Positions 60,794 to 64,000 of a stretch of DNA of 64,000 nucleotides are shown here, piece by piece. The first letter of the stretch is position 1, and each line of letters starts with the position of its first letter. Source of the DNA: Botryllus schlosseri (Eukaryota); contig CM119371.1 of assembly GCA_051294905.1 (NCBI GenBank), positions 14,820,001 through 14,884,000 of the forward strand, written 5' to 3'. The position numbers were made by a program, and so were the translations under genes. The notes under the pieces were generated by a model, which saw only the letters and a program-made list of their open reading frames with translations, made no database searches and was not told where the DNA came from.

Positions 60794-62419
60794 ATGATGA
60801 AGGTTGTTTGTCAAGATGTGGCAAGGCATGCTGTGAGGATGCTCGAGGAATTACATCGAATGAAGCAAGATGATGATCATTGTGATTTCATAATCCAAGT
60901 CGGAGACGATGTCTATCGTACACACAAAAATGTATTGTCGGCTGGTTCCGCTTATTTTAGAGCCATGTTGAAGTATGACACGAAAGAGAGTCGCGACAGA
61001 AAAGTTGTTTTGAAAGATGTGGATTCTCAGTGTGTGAAAAATTGCATCGATTTCATATATTCGGGTAAATTTGAGATTCCTGATGAAAGAATCGTTGAAC
61101 TTCTTCACGTCTCAATGATGATGCAGCTGGATGATGTAAAGCAAGCCGTATCCAATATTTTGGAGGAATCAATTACCATTGAAAATTACTTATCTACCAG
61201 AAATGTGGCTGATATTTATGGACTGACGGATGTTTCTTCGAAATGCAGAATATTTTTACAAGAAAATATCATGGAAATCTCAGACCTAGATGGATTTGAA
61301 AGCATTGAGAAAACTGACCTTCTCAGTCTTTTGCAGTCGGGAAAATTGAAATTATGGGAAGAAGAAAAACTTGCATTATCGCTCAAGTGGATCGACAAAT
61401 GTCAAAGTAAAATCGAATATTTGCACGAATTTCTCAAAGTAATCAAGTTTGATCAAATCTCCCCGGCATATTTGCAACAGATTTTAGATACCCACTCCCA
61501 TATAAGTAACGACATCGAGCTGTACAAGTTATTCAATGATCATATTATGAAAGCTTCCGTTAAGGCAAAAGAAGAAAATGACGCCGAAAAACTGATCATT
61601 CTTTTTGATGATGGCGCAAAATGCCTCCGATCCTTAAATCCAATAACTGAGGAAATAGAAAAGTTCCATGATGAATGGATGGATTTCCCGGAGGAATTCA
61701 CAGCTATTTCCCTGGACTCACATATTTATGTCTTTTGTGAAACTAAATCTGTTCATCGGCTAAATTTTCGGGAAAAAAATTCAAAATGGAAGAAGATGGA
61801 TGATATGATTTGCAACCATGGTATGTCTCCAAGGTCAGTTTGTTTAACTGGATTTATAATTGTTATCGGAGGAAGTGGTTATACAGAAAAAGCTGATGTC
61901 GAAAGATTTGACCCATCTGTAAATCAATGGTTTCTACTGCGAGACAAACCATCAGCAATTTCTAATGCAACTCTTGTGTCATTGGATGGTTCCATCTATT
62001 GTATTGGAGGTCGGCGAGATGAAGTCGAAGTTTCTTTGTTCTGCAGATTCACTCCATCCTCATCAGAGTGGGTTGATCTCGAGCCAATGAGATATCCTGC
62101 TGATAGCTGTGGTGTTGTTGCAGTTGATCAAAAGATATTTGTAACCGGTGGGTGGAGTGAAGAAGAGACCCTCGACAATGTAGAATGTTACGATGTCACT
62201 TCAGCTCAATGGACTTCATTACCATCTATGAATGCATATCATGGTACCAATACTGGTTATCGCATCGGTAATTGGATTTTTGTAGTGGATGCATTCGGCG
62301 ATTCTGATCTTGATGTGATTGAGAAGTACGATATATTGAACAAAAAATGGTACGGAATGAAAAAAGTCAATGAACTACTCTGTACCTGCGGATCTGTCAT
62401 GGTGATGGAATATGGTTGA
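60794..62419 (+). CDS. Kelch-like protein (BTB-BACK-kelch), single coding exon, ~541 aa
   Basis: First ATG in ACCATG context at 60794 (the ORF track starts at an upstream GTG). DHCDFIIQVGDDVYRTHKNVLSAGSAYFRAML (BTB); canonical kelch repeats IIVIGG...VERFDPSVNQW, IYCIGG and IFVTGG...VECYDVTSAQWTSLPSM. Confidence 0.94.
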   Translation: MMKVVCQDVARHAVRMLEELHRMKQDDDHCDFIIQVGDDVYRTHKNVLSAGSAYFRAMLKYDTKESRDRKVVLKDVDSQCVKNCIDFIYSGKFEIPDERIVELLHVSMMMQLDDVKQAVSNILEESITIENYLSTRNVADIYGLTDVSSKCRIFLQENIMEISDLDGFESIEKTDLLSLLQSGKLKLWEEEKLALSLKWIDKCQSKIEYLHEFLKVIKFDQISPAYLQQILDTHSHISNDIELYKLFNDHIMKASVKAKEENDAEKLIILFDDGAKCLRSLNPITEEIEKFHDEWMDFPEEFTAISLDSHIYVFCETKSVHRLNFREKNSKWKKMDDMICNHGMSPRSVCLTGFIIVIGGSGYTEKADVERFDPSVNQWFLLRDKPSAISNATLVSLDGSIYCIGGRRDEVEVSLFCRFTPSSSEWVDLEPMRYPADSCGVVAVDQKIFVTGGWSEEETLDNVECYDVTSAQWTSLPSMNAYHGTNTGYRIGNWIFVVDAFGDSDLDVIEKYDILNKKWYGMKKVNELLCTCGSVMVMEYG

Positions 62420-64000
62420 AGGAGGACGCGGTATATTGTAAAGTGAAGTAAATACCTCTGTGAGTAGACTAATGTTCAAACATGCTTTGTTGAACTTGGA
62501 ATAAGTCTCAGTTGTGCTGAAGCTTCAAAGTGATGTTTGACTGTGTTTGAGACGCCGTTTTATTGTAGTATGATCTAATTGTACATCTATTTGGAGACTG
62601 CTGCTTTAAGTAAGAAAATAATTATTTGGCTATTAGATAATGACCATTCGTCGCTGCAGGTGATGGATCTGGCGTCTCTGATTATAGCCCAAGTTTTTTC
62701 AACTATTTTACAGCTTCCGGCACTCTCCTAAATACTCAGAATTTATGTAGTATGATGTTTTAAGCTGTTTGAAGGAATTTTACATTGCAACTTTTTCTAT
62801 TTTTCCATGCTACTTTTTACTCCAACTTTTATCAAGTATTGCGCAAAACGTAAAAGAGTGATTTCAAAAACATGCGATGAAACTATTTCCGGTATGGATC
62901 TTTCTTCGAGCTATGTGATTGATTAGCTGCATCTCAATGTTGTCTATGACACAACGGCTTGTGAGCTAGCAGTTCAACAACCAGTGCTAAGCACGACAGT
63001 GCCTGAACTATATGTAAATAGATCGCTTGATTGATTCACCGTCATTTAAATTTGAGGTCTTTCCCCAATTGACAGACGCTCAGGCGAGACCGCCGAAAAT
63101 CACATAATCACCGGGTCACCTTTACAAGTTATTGCCAACACTGAGTTTCACTGCAATGCCTTGGACCATTTATCAGAGCCAGGGGGATCGGGATGTGGTA
63201 TTTGTGTTGTATGGGTTATCGCTTAGCTGTTTGGTTTTTTGCGGAAAACTATTCATGTTATTTTCGTGCTGCTTCTCCCGGCCTTGCGTGAAAAGGGAAA
63301 TTCGTCAGCTCCGCTGGAGCTGACAGCGAAAAGCTGTCATGTAGGTTACAAACCGAAAGAATATAAAAGTATGTGCATTTTCAGCTTATACTGCATGCTT
63401 AGCATGATTAGCTTATACTGGCATTATATACAGCAAATACGCGAGTTCATCAAAACAGTGAAGCTTCTCTGATCCATGTATGATAAGGATTCCGGCATGT
63501 ACTAATAAATGGATGCTACCATGGTAAATTTGAAGTGTTTTAAACATGTTTTTGATCCCTGTTCTTCCCGGCTAGGTAAACTCGTAATTTTGTCACCATA
63601 TACAAGCGACTAGGTTATTGGTGATATTAAACGCTTGCAAGACGGTGGAAAAGTAATTATTTAACATGTACACAGCTTGTTTATGAATTCTGCCACACTA
63701 TGACGTTACCTGTTTTTGACGTCATCGATCCCGCATTCCTATTGAAAATTAGCGTCTGACGCTTATGTCAAATGGTTACAAATTTTGAATTCGCAAGATG
63801 TATCCACACCACTAATGTAGAATGACCAATGACCAGGCATGTTTATTTTTGGCAAATGCCAAAAATACCAATACGGTACTGTAACAGCTTATTTTTCAGA
63901 TTTTGGAGTCTATGAAATCATGTTTGTAAACTTGAATTAACCATGTAAAACGCTTCAGTTTGGGTTTTCTTATCACACGACAGTCTGAAAACATGCAGTA

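Overview
AT-rich eukaryotic (invertebrate) genomic DNA. A tunicate/ascidian origin is my inference from the intronless BTB-kelch genes, LU-domain exons and transposon content; it is not proven. The window holds three main things. (1) A birth-and-death cluster of four single-exon BTB-BACK-kelch genes on the + strand: two intact (11910-13490, 60794-62419) and two pseudogenes (10708-11405 with a ~914-bp internal deletion; 26577-27778 with a nonsense codon and an adjacent LINE insertion). (2) A multi-exon gene spanning 30885-51518 that the ORF track mostly misses. I assembled it by hand from GT-AG exons into a type-I membrane protein with an unusual architecture: signal peptide, Ly6/uPAR (LU, three-finger) domain, fibronectin type III, a damaged second LU, trefoil, transmembrane helix and a short Tyr-motif tail. 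Several decayed extra LU exons lie in its introns. (3) A dense, layered transposon landscape: a ~9.9-kb CACTA/EnSpm-type shell containing a very young 3003-bp gag-only BEL/Pao LTR element (identical 287-bp LTRs, GCCTA TSD, pol deleted), two three-level nests of hAT elements with 8-bp TSDs, pogo/Tigger relics, I-group and L2/CR1-group LINE 3' ends, and a Penelope GIY-YIG fragment. No rRNA, tRNA gene or CRISPR array was found. All calls were made by eye, without database searches.
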